A stretch of DNA of 64,000 nucleotides from a virus (IMGVR_UViG_3300029705_000029); one strand, 5' to 3'. Counted from the first letter of the stretch, positions 1 to 10,151 are shown. Program-made: numbers and translations. Notes: generated by a model not told the origin, from the sequence alone.

Positions 1-1120
1 GATTAGACTATATCTTCACCATGTTGTTCATGGGACTAGCACTTCCACTACCATAAGTTTGTAGTGTACTCCCTTGTGGGATAGTCGTTGAGGTTAATCT
101 ATTTAACTTGGTCAGAGTTAAACTATTCTACTCTTTCTAATTTTATCCAATCCTTATGTCTGCTGCCATTGCTGGCGTCCATTATTTTGATTGTTCCATC
201 AGGCAATTTCCATTTATACTTTGGCTTTGGTTTCCGCAATGCAGCTTTATGTGCTTCAGATTTAGGTTTGTCACGCAAGCTTTCACTAACTTTCTCGTTC
301 CATTCCTTTGTGTGAATCACATTCTTAAGACCATTCGAAATACGCTTGTTCATGTCATCGCTATTTCGATATCCCGCTCTGCTTTTGTTTCCAATGCCAT
401 ATGTGTTGCCTAGGCTTCTTTGTCTTAGTTTTTCTTTATTTGAGTCAGACATTGGTGTGCCTTTTCTTCCAGTAAGCGTTTCTGAAATATGTTTTTTCCA
501 TTCATCGCTTTTGTTGGTCACGGCTTCTAATAATTTCTCTTTAACTTCTGGTCGACGCATCGCTTCTTTTGTTGCTTCGGATATCTTTTGCTTCCAGTTT
601 TCTTTTTCTTCGTCCGTATATCCAGCAATCAAACATCCACCTTCGCCGCCGCTTGCAATGTTATATCCGTTGGGTCGAATTGTATTATATTTTTTTATAT
701 AATACTTTTCAAGTTCACAAAGTTCTGACTCGTTTTCGCATATATGCAAAATGGTTTTTTCATAATATTTATATACTTTATTTTGCTCATAAACCCACTT
801 ATGATGCGTTTTTTTGCTACTATCTAGATCATTTCTATTAAATCTTTTTCTATAGGATTGCCATAATAGAATGCCGCTTCCCATATACTTAGTATTATCA
901 TTTTGATCTTTTCCAATGTAGCTTAATCCTGTTATTAAATTTGTAATTTTATATACTTGCACATGTCATCACCAATACTTGCGTTTTAGATTAACCTGCT
1001 GATTGACTCTATTTGACAAATTTTTAGGGTAAGTGACCAAACTTACATTAACCTCCTATTGTCAACCTAACGAGTTGTCCCAGCATTTCACTAGTTTTAT
1101 AGAGCCCCCACCAGCAACTA
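1..1120 (-). mobile_element. Group I intron (partial; 3' end and downstream exon lie beyond the window start) carrying a GIY-YIG homing-endonuclease ORF
   Basis: The RNR ORF stops at 1121 right after the active-site NPCAEEP codons. A 160-nt structured leader then precedes the HEG ORF at 123..962. Beyond the HEG the minus strand reads AACGACTATCCCACAAGGGA (P7/P8-like) and GAAGATATAGTC (P7'-like; RC of 1-20), which resembles a group I core. Confidence 0.45.
123..962 (-). CDS. GIY-YIG homing endonuclease with NUMOD3-like repeats
   Basis: N-terminal VYKITNLITGLSYIGKD is a GIY-YIG motif. The C-terminal part has repeated basic motifs. The ORF sits between RNR exon 1 and the intron core. Confidence 0.8.
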   Translation of the reverse strand: MQVYKITNLITGLSYIGKDQNDNTKYMGSGILLWQSYRKRFNRNDLDSSKKTHHKWVYEQNKVYKYYEKTILHICENESELCELEKYYIKKYNTIRPNGYNIASGGEGGCLIAGYTDEEKENWKQKISEATKEAMRRPEVKEKLLEAVTNKSDEWKKHISETLTGRKGTPMSDSNKEKLRQRSLGNTYGIGNKSRAGYRNSDDMNKRISNGLKNVIHTKEWNEKVSESLRDKPKSEAHKAALRKPKPKYKWKLPDGTIKIMDASNGSRHKDWIKLERVE

Positions 1121-1936
1121 TTAAGGCTCTTCGGCACATGGGTTTGTGCCAGCATAATGGAAATCATTGAATCCACTTAGCAAATTCCAGTTATCAATTC
1201 GATCCCAGAAAAGCATTCCAGGCTCTCCCATATTCCAATTGTTCTTCGCAATCTTATGGAATAGCTCCTTGGCCTTTACAACCTTCTTGATCTCTTCTCC
1301 AGTCTCTTGGCGCACAAATGACAGCTCATAGTCTTCGTCGGCAATTACAGCTTTCATGAAATCGTCTGTAATACGAATTGAAATGTTAGCCTTTGTAACA
1401 CGGTTTAGGTCGTTTTTGATGTCAATGAATTCTTCAATATCTGGATGGTCGCAAGATAGTGAAATCATAAGTGCGCCTCTGCGACCATTTTGTGAGATGA
1501 GCCCAGTAACCAAAGAATAAAGGTCCATAAATGATACCGCACCAGAAGATTCTTTTGCGGCGTTTCTAACCTTGGCACCATTTGGAGCAAGCTTAGATAG
1601 GTCTACGCCAATGCCACCGCCATAGCTGTATGTTCTTGCAATCTTCTTTGCACATTCAAAAATTGATTCGAGATTGTCCTCTGGAGGCTCACATACATAG
1701 CAATTTGACATGCTAACCTTCCTACCAGAATGTTCTAGTCCTCTATTAGATAGGATTCTTCCACCAAATAGAAACTTTTTATCAATAATAAGATCTCTTA
1801 CAGCATTGTTGCCACCAGAAATACGATCTAGCCACTGGTCAAATGTTTCGTCTTCATAACGATACTTTCTTTCCCAAATATCAATGCCAAGCTGATTATC
1901 AGCACCTAACCACTCTTGAACGTTCAATATAATCAC
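1121..1936 (-). CDS. Ribonucleotide reductase catalytic subunit, 5' exon (class II-like; ends at the active-site TNPCAE)
   Basis: The 271-aa product has an RNR N-terminal region and terminates immediately after TNPCAEEP, so the gene is truncated by the downstream intron and HEG. Its start overlaps the upstream gene (ATGA). Confidence 0.6.
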   Translation of the reverse strand: MIILNVQEWLGADNQLGIDIWERKYRYEDETFDQWLDRISGGNNAVRDLIIDKKFLFGGRILSNRGLEHSGRKVSMSNCYVCEPPEDNLESIFECAKKIARTYSYGGGIGVDLSKLAPNGAKVRNAAKESSGAVSFMDLYSLVTGLISQNGRRGALMISLSCDHPDIEEFIDIKNDLNRVTKANISIRITDDFMKAVIADEDYELSFVRQETGEEIKKVVKAKELFHKIAKNNWNMGEPGMLFWDRIDNWNLLSGFNDFHYAGTNPCAEEP

Positions 1937-2523
1937 TCCAATTCATTATCTTTATTCATATAATATAGAACCTGCTCAAGCACATTCTCTATATTCTCAT
2001 TAGCATCAATTTTATGTAATTCAACGTTTAAACCATTGATGTTTTTATGATGCCATACAAGTTTGTCCAACTCTCTATACCAGTCATTTTTGGTATCATC
2101 ATGATGCAGTCTAGAAATAACTTCCATATCACTCGCACCTCTATCAATCATACGATCAATACGAGTTGCAACGGCTGCATCAAAATAAATAATGCACATC
2201 GCAAGACATTTATCGTGCGCTCTATTAAGCAAATACTCAACCCCTGGCACATCAATTACGTAAATATTGCATTCTTCAAGCTGTGCAAAAGTTGTACCGT
2301 AATGATGGTTGTTATAGAACGTGTAGCCAGCAAGCTCACCCAAATTGCAAAACTCATCTTTACTGATAAAAATATGACCAGTTTCTCCATCAAATCTTGG
2401 TTGTCTCGTGGTATATGAGTAAACTTGTTTATGGCCATACTTTTCTTCTAATAGATTTGCGATAGTTGTCTTTCCGCTGGCGCTCTTGCCAACGAACAAG
2501 AACAATTGATCCATACCATTCAC
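1933..2523 (-). CDS. Guanylate-kinase-like (d)NMP kinase
   Basis: P-loop GKSASGKTT plus an SYTTRQPRFDGETGHIF motif matching guanylate kinase. Confidence 0.65.
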   Translation of the reverse strand: MNGMDQLFLFVGKSASGKTTIANLLEEKYGHKQVYSYTTRQPRFDGETGHIFISKDEFCNLGELAGYTFYNNHHYGTTFAQLEECNIYVIDVPGVEYLLNRAHDKCLAMCIIYFDAAVATRIDRMIDRGASDMEVISRLHHDDTKNDWYRELDKLVWHHKNINGLNVELHKIDANENIENVLEQVLYYMNKDNELE

Positions 2524-2524
2524 C

Positions 2525-3271
2525 TCAATTCTTGATTTTCAACAGAAGATCTCTATTAATAAAACCAAGACTAGCAGCTTCTATTTTATCCGTTACCTTT
2601 TCAATACAAGTCTTAACTTCAGGATTGGCCGTGCCGTTCGTGTTGCGTTCTTTAAAAATATGAGCATATTCCGTAAGGTTAACCTTAAAAATGAAATTAG
2701 ACGGAATAGAGAGCATATAAAGACCGCGCTTAACATCCTTGTTATTCTCCATACCTTTTAGAATGTAACCATTAACTCCACGAACATAAGTATTTTCTGC
2801 ACATTCAATTTCGGTAGGAAGCTCGATGCCGAGATACTCAAGTGCTTCGTCAGTTGGAATGATTTTGTCCTGATAATATTCGGACATTTCCCCGTCGGAG
2901 AAATCTGCTAGTCTGGTAGAAGAACGAATAATACGATTTTCCATACGTTTTGCGTGCGAATCAAGATCGTCCTGACCACCTCTATGTAGCCCATAAACAC
3001 TAATACTAAAATCAAGGAATCTTCCCATTGTGATATGCTTAGGGCACCACTTGAAAAGAATCTTTAGCCAATCGTTGAGCTTTTCAGTAGTATGACTTAG
3101 CGCACCTACCGGTCCATGCTCTGGATTAGTATTAATGCACTTTGCAACTTCTGCTCTAATATCCATCTCAAGCTCACGTGTTAGTGTACGCTTTGATAGA
3201 AACATTGAAATAATTGCGTCATCCCATCCATCAATTCTATTTAGATATGCTTCCATTAAGCTTACCTCCAT
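2525..3271 (-). CDS. Hypothetical protein (possibly a nucleotide-metabolism enzyme)
   Basis: 248-aa ORF tiled with neighbours. A weak resemblance to ThyX-like proteins is not established. Confidence 0.5.
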   Translation of the reverse strand: MEVSLMEAYLNRIDGWDDAIISMFLSKRTLTRELEMDIRAEVAKCINTNPEHGPVGALSHTTEKLNDWLKILFKWCPKHITMGRFLDFSISVYGLHRGGQDDLDSHAKRMENRIIRSSTRLADFSDGEMSEYYQDKIIPTDEALEYLGIELPTEIECAENTYVRGVNGYILKGMENNKDVKRGLYMLSIPSNFIFKVNLTEYAHIFKERNTNGTANPEVKTCIEKVTDKIEAASLGFINRDLLLKIKN

Positions 3272-3576
3272 TAATTTTGTACTGTTTCTTCTTCAGTATT
3301 CTTTTCTTCCTGCTTGAGCGCCTTACCGCAAAATTCCTCAACCTTCTTGAAGATACGTTCGTATTCACGATGGCTGCAGTTAGGCTTATGCCAACCAGAA
3401 ATCATCTGCATAATTGTCATGCAAGCGGTGCGATAACCTAGGATCATATTCTGAGTACGGATTCTTTCTAGTGTGCCATTAATAGCTTCCTTGAGCTCGT
3501 CGTCATTCATTGGAATGGTTTCATCGACCTCAGCGACTGCCTCGTCAACTTCGTTGATGTTCTTGTTCTCTTCCAT
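3271..3576 (-). CDS. Hypothetical acidic protein
   Basis: ORF track; start-stop overlap with the downstream gene; conserved motif upstream. Confidence 0.45.
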   Translation of the reverse strand: MEENKNINEVDEAVAEVDETIPMNDDELKEAINGTLERIRTQNMILGYRTACMTIMQMISGWHKPNCSHREYERIFKKVEEFCGKALKQEEKNTEEETVQN

Positions 3577-3617
3577 AGTATCATTCCTTCCTTTTATTGG
3601 ATATTATTATTATAACA

Positions 3618-3637
3618 CATTAATTTTGTATTGTCAA
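3618..3637 (-). promoter_or_regulatory. Conserved motif copy (gene strand: TTGACAATACAAAATTAATG); class 1, where the motif supplies the -35 and TATAAT lies 17 nt downstream
   Basis: Minus strand TTGACA-atacaaaattaatgtgt-TATAAT upstream of 3271..3576; an 8-bp inverted repeat GGCTCTGA/TCAGAGCC abuts the -35. Confidence 0.6.
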
Positions 3638-3679
3638 GGCTCTGAGTGCAATTATTTTACAGTCAGAGCCATACAATTG

Positions 3680-6600
3680 TTAGAATTTTAGTCCATACCT
3701 TTTCTTAGCAACATCATCAAGCCATTGTGAATAAGGTTTAATTTTATCTACAATCATGCTATCTTCGCCTTCTTTTTTGCCAAGAATAGCTACCTGCTTG
3801 CCCTTTGCGATCAGATCTTGGAATTTTTGTAATGCATCAGGCCAGATCGTAACCTCTATGAGGCCATCTCCAGAATAGATATTTGCAAAAGCAAACTGAC
3901 TGCCAGTCTTTGTTTTCTTCTTCTGGATCTTAGATATAATGCCTACAATAACGCACTTATCGCCATTCTCATAAGACGTAAAATCATCAAGAATTTCATA
4001 TGCTTTGGCGAATGGATTTTCATCTGATACAAAGATTTGTAAAGTCTCAAACTCCCAGAATGCTTCATCTTGTAAGTATTTTGTATTGCACTCTTCAATA
4101 TATGTTTGGTATTTAAGCTTTTGCTCTTCATCAAACTTGGCTTTTTTCTTAGCGTTGTAGATTTCTAGCACTCGTTCTTTATCTACTTTGCGGCCAATCA
4201 TATATTCCGTTGTGTCAATGTCCCAGTCTAATAGTAGTTTTTGTTTCGTAGGCAAAGTTGCAACAGGCTTGTATTCACTTTGCTGATACATTGAACTGAG
4301 ATATTTAATTAGAAACTTCTTCTTGTTCTTGGTGGGAATTGCGCCTGATTTTACAAGATTGATAATCTGCGCTTTTGTTGGTTGCACTCTTTCAATAAAA
4401 TTATTCAGGTCTACAAATTTGCCATTAGCATTACGTTCATCAATAATTGATTCAGCTAACGTTTCGCCAATGCCAGTAATTGCAGAATATCCAAATAGAA
4501 TTTTATCGTTAGCAACGGAAAAATTCATTTCAGATTTATTGATGTTTGGAGGCAACACTTCTACGTCAAACTGCTTTGCATCTAGAATGTGCTTGTTGAT
4601 CATGCCAGGTTTGTTTTTGTTCATGTTAAAAAGCGCACTGAAGAAGTATTTACTATAATGACATTTCAAGTATGCAGTTTGCAGACATAGAACTGCATAA
4701 CTATATGAATGCGACTTGTTAAAGAGGTAGCCGCCTTTAGTTGAAAGATCATCGCTGATCTGTTGTGCAAGTTCTTTGCTGTAGCCATTGTCAATAATTT
4801 CCTGATACAGTTTCGCAGACTCTTGCTTGACTAGTTCAATATTCTTTTTACCAATGGCCTTTCTAAATAGGTCAGCACCGCCATAACTTCTACCACCAAA
4901 TTTTCTAACAATATCTAGCAATTGCTCCTGATAAATCATACACCCAAACGTTTCTTTGAGAATTGGTTCCATATCTGGATGAATGTATGTTACTCTTTCA
5001 GGATGTTTGCTGCATTCAATATATTCTTCAAGCGCACCCATAGAGTCTGGCCTATATAGTGCTAGAACTGCAGAAACCTGAGACAAGTCAGAAGGCTGAA
5101 GTCTTAAAAGCAGATCCTTCATACCAGCGCTTTCTACCTGAAAAACACCATTTGTCATTGCGCTACTAAGCAGCTTATATGAATCCACATCATATTCAAA
5201 TTTTGGGTTGTTAATGTCAATTTCCCAATCAGACACATGCGCCTCATTTTGTGTTTCTTGAACAAGACCAAGTGACGCAACGCCAAGAATATCGTACTTA
5301 ATAATGCCAACTTCTTCAACAACGCGCTTATCAACCTGAATTACGTGCTCGCCATCTTGTCCAAGTTTCATTGGCATAAAGTCTGTAACTTTGCCATCAA
5401 CAATACCAACGCCACCTGCGTGAATAGATGTTGTTTTTACACGACCAGAAAGATGACTTGCAATATCAAACAATTCTTTGTACTTTGGATTGTCAGCAGC
5501 TTCCTTATTGTTTTCCAAACACTCCTCAAATGTTGCATACACAAAACCCTTGCTGAGCTTGTCCATTTCTTTATATGGAAATCCAAGCACTTTGCCGACG
5601 TCTTTAAGTGCCACAACAGGTGTGATAAAAGAAAAGTTAATAATCTGACAAACACGATCTTCACCATATCTTTCAATAAGATAATTAACAACAGCTCCTC
5701 TATCAAATACATCTGTATCTGTATCTGGCATAGATACTCGTTCAGGATTTAGGAATCTCTGAAAAATTAGACCATATTTGATAGGATCAATGTCGGTAAT
5801 TTCAATGGCAAAGCATACAAGGCTTCCAGCACAACTACCTCTGCCAGCGCCAACTTTGTTGCCATTTTCTTTACACCATTTAATAAAGTCTGCAACAATC
5901 AAAAAGTAACCGTCAAATCCCATCTGATGAATTACGTCAAGTTCATAGTCAAGTCGCTCACGATAGATTTTTTGCTTTTCTTCGTCAAACTCATTAAACT
6001 TGCGCTTCTTCCAGCCTTCTTCGATAGAATGTCTAAGATACTCATAGTTATCATTAAATCCATCAGGAAGCGGGAACGTAGGTAGCTTTGGAGACTGAAA
6101 TGGCATGCCAACAATCTCGCACATGTCAGCTATTTCATTAGTGTTGGCTAGGCCAATATTTACTGCTTCAACACCAATGTGCTCGTCAAGTACGTTGTGG
6201 ATTTCTTCCTCTGACATCAGATAACAGTCATTATAGCTTTCAGACATTGTTTCTGAATCATGTGCAATCTGTACTAGACGGCCTTGATAGTACAGATCCT
6301 CTTTTGTCGCGGCGTGAGAATCTGTGGTTATAATCCATTTAGTATTGGTGTCTTTGGCGAGTTCCAGAATCTTGGCGTTATATTCTTCTTGATCCTGATT
6401 ATTGCCATGCGCTTGTAGTTCTAGATAAAAATGAGGGAACAATGCGCGATATTCGTTCACATATTCTAAGCACTTATTGTAATCTGACTCTCTGGACAAT
6501 TTTGATGCCAAACAAGCAGATGTAATTACTAGATCATTCGCATATGGGGCAATATCATGGATTGTCACACGTGGACGATAGTATTTGCCATGAAGTTCTG

Positions 6601-6913
6601 ATAGAGTGATGAGTTCATTGAGTGCAACACGACCTCGCTCGTTTCTTGCAATTGCAATAAGGTGGAAATATTTTGTATCCTTATTCTTCTCGTTGCGATC
6701 AAAACATTCGTAAAATTCTACACCATAAAGCATTTTTACCTCTGGATAGTCTTTTTTGAGCTTGTCAAAATAGCACCAAGAATAGGCGTTACCATGCTCG
6801 GTAATACAAAATGCCTTGAGGCCAATTTCTTTAGCACGTTTAAGATACTCTTCTGGTTTCGCGTAACCGTCAAGCAAAGAGTACATGCTGTGGTTATGAA
6901 GACTACTGTACAT
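3680..6913 (-). CDS. dnaE: DNA polymerase III alpha subunit (DnaE-type replicative polymerase with PHP domain)
   Basis: 1077 aa. N-terminal PHP motifs (HNHSMYSLLDG, CITEHGN) and the palm motif GRGSCAGSLVCFAIEITDIDP...PDTDTD. Confidence 0.85.
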   Translation of the reverse strand: MYSSLHNHSMYSLLDGYAKPEEYLKRAKEIGLKAFCITEHGNAYSWCYFDKLKKDYPEVKMLYGVEFYECFDRNEKNKDTKYFHLIAIARNERGRVALNELITLSELHGKYYRPRVTIHDIAPYANDLVITSACLASKLSRESDYNKCLEYVNEYRALFPHFYLELQAHGNNQDQEEYNAKILELAKDTNTKWIITTDSHAATKEDLYYQGRLVQIAHDSETMSESYNDCYLMSEEEIHNVLDEHIGVEAVNIGLANTNEIADMCEIVGMPFQSPKLPTFPLPDGFNDNYEYLRHSIEEGWKKRKFNEFDEEKQKIYRERLDYELDVIHQMGFDGYFLIVADFIKWCKENGNKVGAGRGSCAGSLVCFAIEITDIDPIKYGLIFQRFLNPERVSMPDTDTDVFDRGAVVNYLIERYGEDRVCQIINFSFITPVVALKDVGKVLGFPYKEMDKLSKGFVYATFEECLENNKEAADNPKYKELFDIASHLSGRVKTTSIHAGGVGIVDGKVTDFMPMKLGQDGEHVIQVDKRVVEEVGIIKYDILGVASLGLVQETQNEAHVSDWEIDINNPKFEYDVDSYKLLSSAMTNGVFQVESAGMKDLLLRLQPSDLSQVSAVLALYRPDSMGALEEYIECSKHPERVTYIHPDMEPILKETFGCMIYQEQLLDIVRKFGGRSYGGADLFRKAIGKKNIELVKQESAKLYQEIIDNGYSKELAQQISDDLSTKGGYLFNKSHSYSYAVLCLQTAYLKCHYSKYFFSALFNMNKNKPGMINKHILDAKQFDVEVLPPNINKSEMNFSVANDKILFGYSAITGIGETLAESIIDERNANGKFVDLNNFIERVQPTKAQIINLVKSGAIPTKNKKKFLIKYLSSMYQQSEYKPVATLPTKQKLLLDWDIDTTEYMIGRKVDKERVLEIYNAKKKAKFDEEQKLKYQTYIEECNTKYLQDEAFWEFETLQIFVSDENPFAKAYEILDDFTSYENGDKCVIVGIISKIQKKKTKTGSQFAFANIYSGDGLIEVTIWPDALQKFQDLIAKGKQVAILGKKEGEDSMIVDKIKPYSQWLDDVAKKRYGLKF

Positions 6914-6919
6914 ATCTAA

Positions 6920-6939
6920 CCACCCCTTTCATTAATTTT
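6920..6939 (-). promoter_or_regulatory. Conserved motif copy (GTGACAATACAAAATTAATG) immediately upstream of the dnaE ribosome-binding site
   Basis: The motif is followed by AAAGGGGTGG...ATG. Confidence 0.5.
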
Positions 6940-6945
6940 GTATTG

Positions 6946-8085
6946 TCACTTCACTACAACTAACATTTTACTAGCCCTTGTCACAGAAGTGTACAACCAT
7001 TTCTTATGATATTCCCTGTCGCCGAGCCACTCGTCATACACAACAACTTTATCAAACTCAGAACCTTGAGCCTTGTGGGTGGTAATTGCATATCCATAAT
7101 CAAATTCATAAGCCTTATGAACATCTTTGAACTTCCACCAATTGTCCTTATTTATAGTGCTTTCTTTGTCAATGAAGATTTTATAATCCATTTGCAAATT
7201 ATTGTATACTCCACCACTATTAGAAGTAAATTTAGCAATCATCTTTGGATTATACAACTTATCACTGCATAATTCAATGTCACTTACAATGCCTATCATG
7301 CCATTAATCAATGGTTCTTCATTACTACCAATTTCTTGCCATTCATTATGAAGACAAATAATTTTATCACCACCAATTGGCACACTAGCGCACTGATCTC
7401 CAAACTTAATTTTGCGCAACTTATCGTTCAAATAATGTCTGGTTGTATTTTTACCGCACAAAACTTGATCTGCACCCAACAAAAGTTTGTCAGATACGCT
7501 TTCCTGTGGAATTATCCTACACTCCTTTGGACCACCGTAATTAATCCATTTGCCATCACGAATATCCATACTAAGTCTAATAATAGGATTGTCTTGCGCC
7601 TGTCGCACGACTTCATCTAGCATTACGTGAGGATTATCTAGAATTGTACTAATACCATCTATTGGCGGCAACTGCCCAGGATCACCTAATGCAATAACAT
7701 GAACATGGTGAGATAGGAGCAATTCCCACATTTCTTGTGGTAACATACTGCACTCATCTAGTACAACAATCTTATAATTGTAATCTAAACTTTTCTTAGG
7801 TTTAAATTCATACGTTCTGTCTGGTTTTTCTTTGGCGTTATACAATAACCTGTGCGCAGTCATTGAGTTGTTACATCCCTTACTTCTCAGCACCAATGAA
7901 GCCTTGCCAGTGTAAGCAATATATACAACACTCGCTTCGTCAACACATAGTGCATCAATAATAAATTGTACGAGAGTAGACTTGCCGCTACCAGCATAGC
8001 CAGCAATCACCGTATACGGTTCTTTATTCTTATACCTCTCAACCGCTATTCTCAAACCTTTTTCTTGTCCGCTAGTTAAAACCAC
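6946..8085 (-). CDS. Dda/RecD-like SF1 DNA helicase
   Basis: Walker A GYAGSGKST, Walker B VVLDECSM and the C-terminal TTHKAQGSEFDKVVV motif. Confidence 0.75.
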   Translation of the reverse strand: MVLTSGQEKGLRIAVERYKNKEPYTVIAGYAGSGKSTLVQFIIDALCVDEASVVYIAYTGKASLVLRSKGCNNSMTAHRLLYNAKEKPDRTYEFKPKKSLDYNYKIVVLDECSMLPQEMWELLLSHHVHVIALGDPGQLPPIDGISTILDNPHVMLDEVVRQAQDNPIIRLSMDIRDGKWINYGGPKECRIIPQESVSDKLLLGADQVLCGKNTTRHYLNDKLRKIKFGDQCASVPIGGDKIICLHNEWQEIGSNEEPLINGMIGIVSDIELCSDKLYNPKMIAKFTSNSGGVYNNLQMDYKIFIDKESTINKDNWWKFKDVHKAYEFDYGYAITTHKAQGSEFDKVVVYDEWLGDREYHKKWLYTSVTRASKMLVVVK

Positions 8086-8089
8086 CTAA

Positions 8090-8602
8090 TCACTTCCTCA
8101 ACTTCCCACCGCGCATTGTAATTTTAGTCTTATTAAACTCGGCAAGCATATCTTCAAACGGCCTATTGGCACTAGAGTGTTTGTTAGTACAAGTCAAATC
8201 ACTTCTCTGCCTAGGAGTGTAAGTTCTAGATTCCTGCGTGGCTCTCAGCTTAACTGAATTGCCCTGAAGAGACTGAATCTTGCTCTTAAACGACTGCCCC
8301 TGAGTGCTTTGAAAATACTCATACATATCTTTCAGCAATTCGTTTTCCTCCTTTGCGGTTCTCCTACGAATACGAGCTTCACGAATAGCTTTATAAATCA
8401 AATAGCCCTTGTACATATCCTTAGGCTCGGATAGTTCACATTCATGATAAAGATCATTGAGCTCACCTTCGGTTTGTTTAATAACATCAAGATTCATTTC
8501 ATAGTTCCTAACAACATCCTTGAAAATAGTCACAATAGTACTACTGTAATTGTTCACAATATTTGCCATCTTTTTGTTCCTTTCGCTATTCACCGTTTGC
8601 AA
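8090..8602 (-). CDS. Hypothetical protein
   Basis: 170-aa ORF with a long 5' leader that contains the conserved motif. Confidence 0.5.
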   Translation of the reverse strand: MQTVNSERNKKMANIVNNYSSTIVTIFKDVVRNYEMNLDVIKQTEGELNDLYHECELSEPKDMYKGYLIYKAIREARIRRRTAKEENELLKDMYEYFQSTQGQSFKSKIQSLQGNSVKLRATQESRTYTPRQRSDLTCTNKHSSANRPFEDMLAEFNKTKITMRGGKLRK

Positions 8603-8688
8603 TTATCCATGCCATCACAAAAAAGCCAAACAATATGCCAATGGATAACCCATTTAATAGATTTTCCACATATATCACCCCCCGCCCC

Positions 8689-8707
8689 ATTAATTTTGTA
8701 CTGTTGT
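8689..8707 (-). promoter_or_regulatory. Conserved motif copy located in the transcribed leader (class 2)
   Basis: Upstream TTGACA-N16/17-TATAAT at about 8712-8740 (minus strand); the motif lies downstream of the -10. Confidence 0.5.
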
Positions 8708-8787
8708 TATTATAACACAAACTCATGCTTTGTCAAGCGCAAAAAGAGTGCATAGCTAAGCCACACACTCTTTTTACAATAATTAAT

Positions 8788-8937
8788 TCACAGTACATCC
8801 TCCAGTTCAAACAGCGCCATGCGGTCATTGTTATATACCGCTTCAACAACATAGTCCACAAATTCATCATCTTCACATGTGTCCAACATGTTTAGTAGTA
8901 GGCTTGCGGCTTCAAGAATTTCAAACTTCAATTTCAT
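8788..8937 (-). CDS. Small hypothetical protein (49 aa, hand-called)
   Basis: ATG at 8937 preceded by GGAGGA at a spacing of about 9 nt; acidic product; not in the ORF track. Confidence 0.3.
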   Translation of the reverse strand: MKLKFEILEAASLLLNMLDTCEDDEFVDYVVEAVYNNDRMALFELEDVL

Positions 8938-9280
8938 GACATTGTTCCTCCAGTACGTTAATTAAGTATTTCCAGAACCAAGGGAGCGCTTTTTTGATTT
9001 GTTTGTTTCTTCTTAACGTATATCCATTGAGTTTCAACCAATTGTTTGATACGGGCCATCGCCATGAACGGCCATAAGTTAACGTCCAAAAGAATTTTCG
9101 ATTTAGATTTACATTGTTAAACTCAATTGTTGCTTCATCCCACTTTGGTAGAATAATTGGATTATTAGCAGGAATCTCCCAATAATCGAAATTTGGTGTA
9201 GATTCTTCCAACTCAAAAACAATATCGCTATTCAAGTCTCGTATTGACATTGTTCCAGTGATAAATTTTATGTTATTCAT
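8921..9280 (-). CDS. Hypothetical protein
   Basis: ORF track; tiled. Confidence 0.45.
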   Translation of the reverse strand: MNNIKFITGTMSIRDLNSDIVFELEESTPNFDYWEIPANNPIILPKWDEATIEFNNVNLNRKFFWTLTYGRSWRWPVSNNWLKLNGYTLRRNKQIKKALPWFWKYLINVLEEQCHEIEV

Positions 9281-9289
9281 AATTACTAT

Positions 9290-9637
9290 TTATTCTCTAG
9301 CTCCGCGCCATTCAAAGTTGTTTTTTCTACTCCCGCATCCTAAACACATGCCGAATATATCATATACGTTATCATTGTACATGTAATATTTACACAGAGC
9401 ACATTCTTTATACACAGATAGGTCTTTAATCGCTGCATCTCTTTCGAGTTTAACACGTTCAAGTTCTTCTGACAATTCTTCTATAATATCAGCCGCATTA
9501 AGCTCGTTCTGACATGGAAAGCCAGGATTGTACACAGGACACTGTTCGCATTTAAAATCTGAATCTGGACAACGTCTTAACGCTTTTACAGTCCGTTTTG
9601 CTTCGTTAGTCATCATTATCTCTCCCATCACTTGCAA
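9290..9637 (-). CDS. Hypothetical Cys-rich protein
   Basis: CxxC clusters (CEQCP, CALCK, CLGCGS). Confidence 0.45.
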   Translation of the reverse strand: MQVMGEIMMTNEAKRTVKALRRCPDSDFKCEQCPVYNPGFPCQNELNAADIIEELSEELERVKLERDAAIKDLSVYKECALCKYYMYNDNVYDIFGMCLGCGSRKNNFEWRGARE

Positions 9638-9719
9638 CCTTACACAATGCGTAGACGAAAAAGCATACAGCCACTACAATAATACTGATGAAAGCAGTTG
9701 CTAATATCTTCATCAATCA

Positions 9720-10151
9720 CTACTCCTTCGGCGGTTCTGGAAGTGGCATCCAGTGCGTGATCGTATGGTCGTAAAAGAAATATTGCCACGGAGAACGCCA
9801 ACCCTCTATGTTGTACCCGTGCATGTTGTGCGTGTAGCTTGTCATTGCGATAGCGTCATCTCCAATGGTAGCGGGAGCAAAAACCAGTACATTCACATCG
9901 TCATCGGGCAATCTATCATCTACACTAATCCACTTCGGAATACTTTTTAAGATGGTTTTAATATGCTGCGAAACTTTGTGCTTGACTTCTGCAAACTCGC
10001 TAATGGCATATGTGGCATTGAGCTGTTCTGCGTCACATCTTTTCTCAAGCTCCGATACATTTTCATATATAATGTCAATCAACTTATCAATTCTTTCGTT
10101 CGGACTCATATAACTGCACCATCCTATTCCATTCATCGATTGCTTCATCAT
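9720..10151 (-). CDS. Hypothetical protein
   Basis: ORF track; tiled. Confidence 0.45.
   Translation of the reverse strand: MMKQSMNGIGWCSYMSPNERIDKLIDIIYENVSELEKRCDAEQLNATYAISEFAEVKHKVSQHIKTILKSIPKWISVDDRLPDDDVNVLVFAPATIGDDAIAMTSYTHNMHGYNIEGWRSPWQYFFYDHTITHWMPLPEPPKE

Noticed and set aside
2525-3271. ThyX (flavin-dependent thymidylate synthase) assignment
   Set aside because: The protein sits in a nucleotide-metabolism neighbourhood and has a loosely similar HRGG...S..R stretch, but the ThyX RHRxxS...SxRY signature is not intact. I left it as hypothetical.
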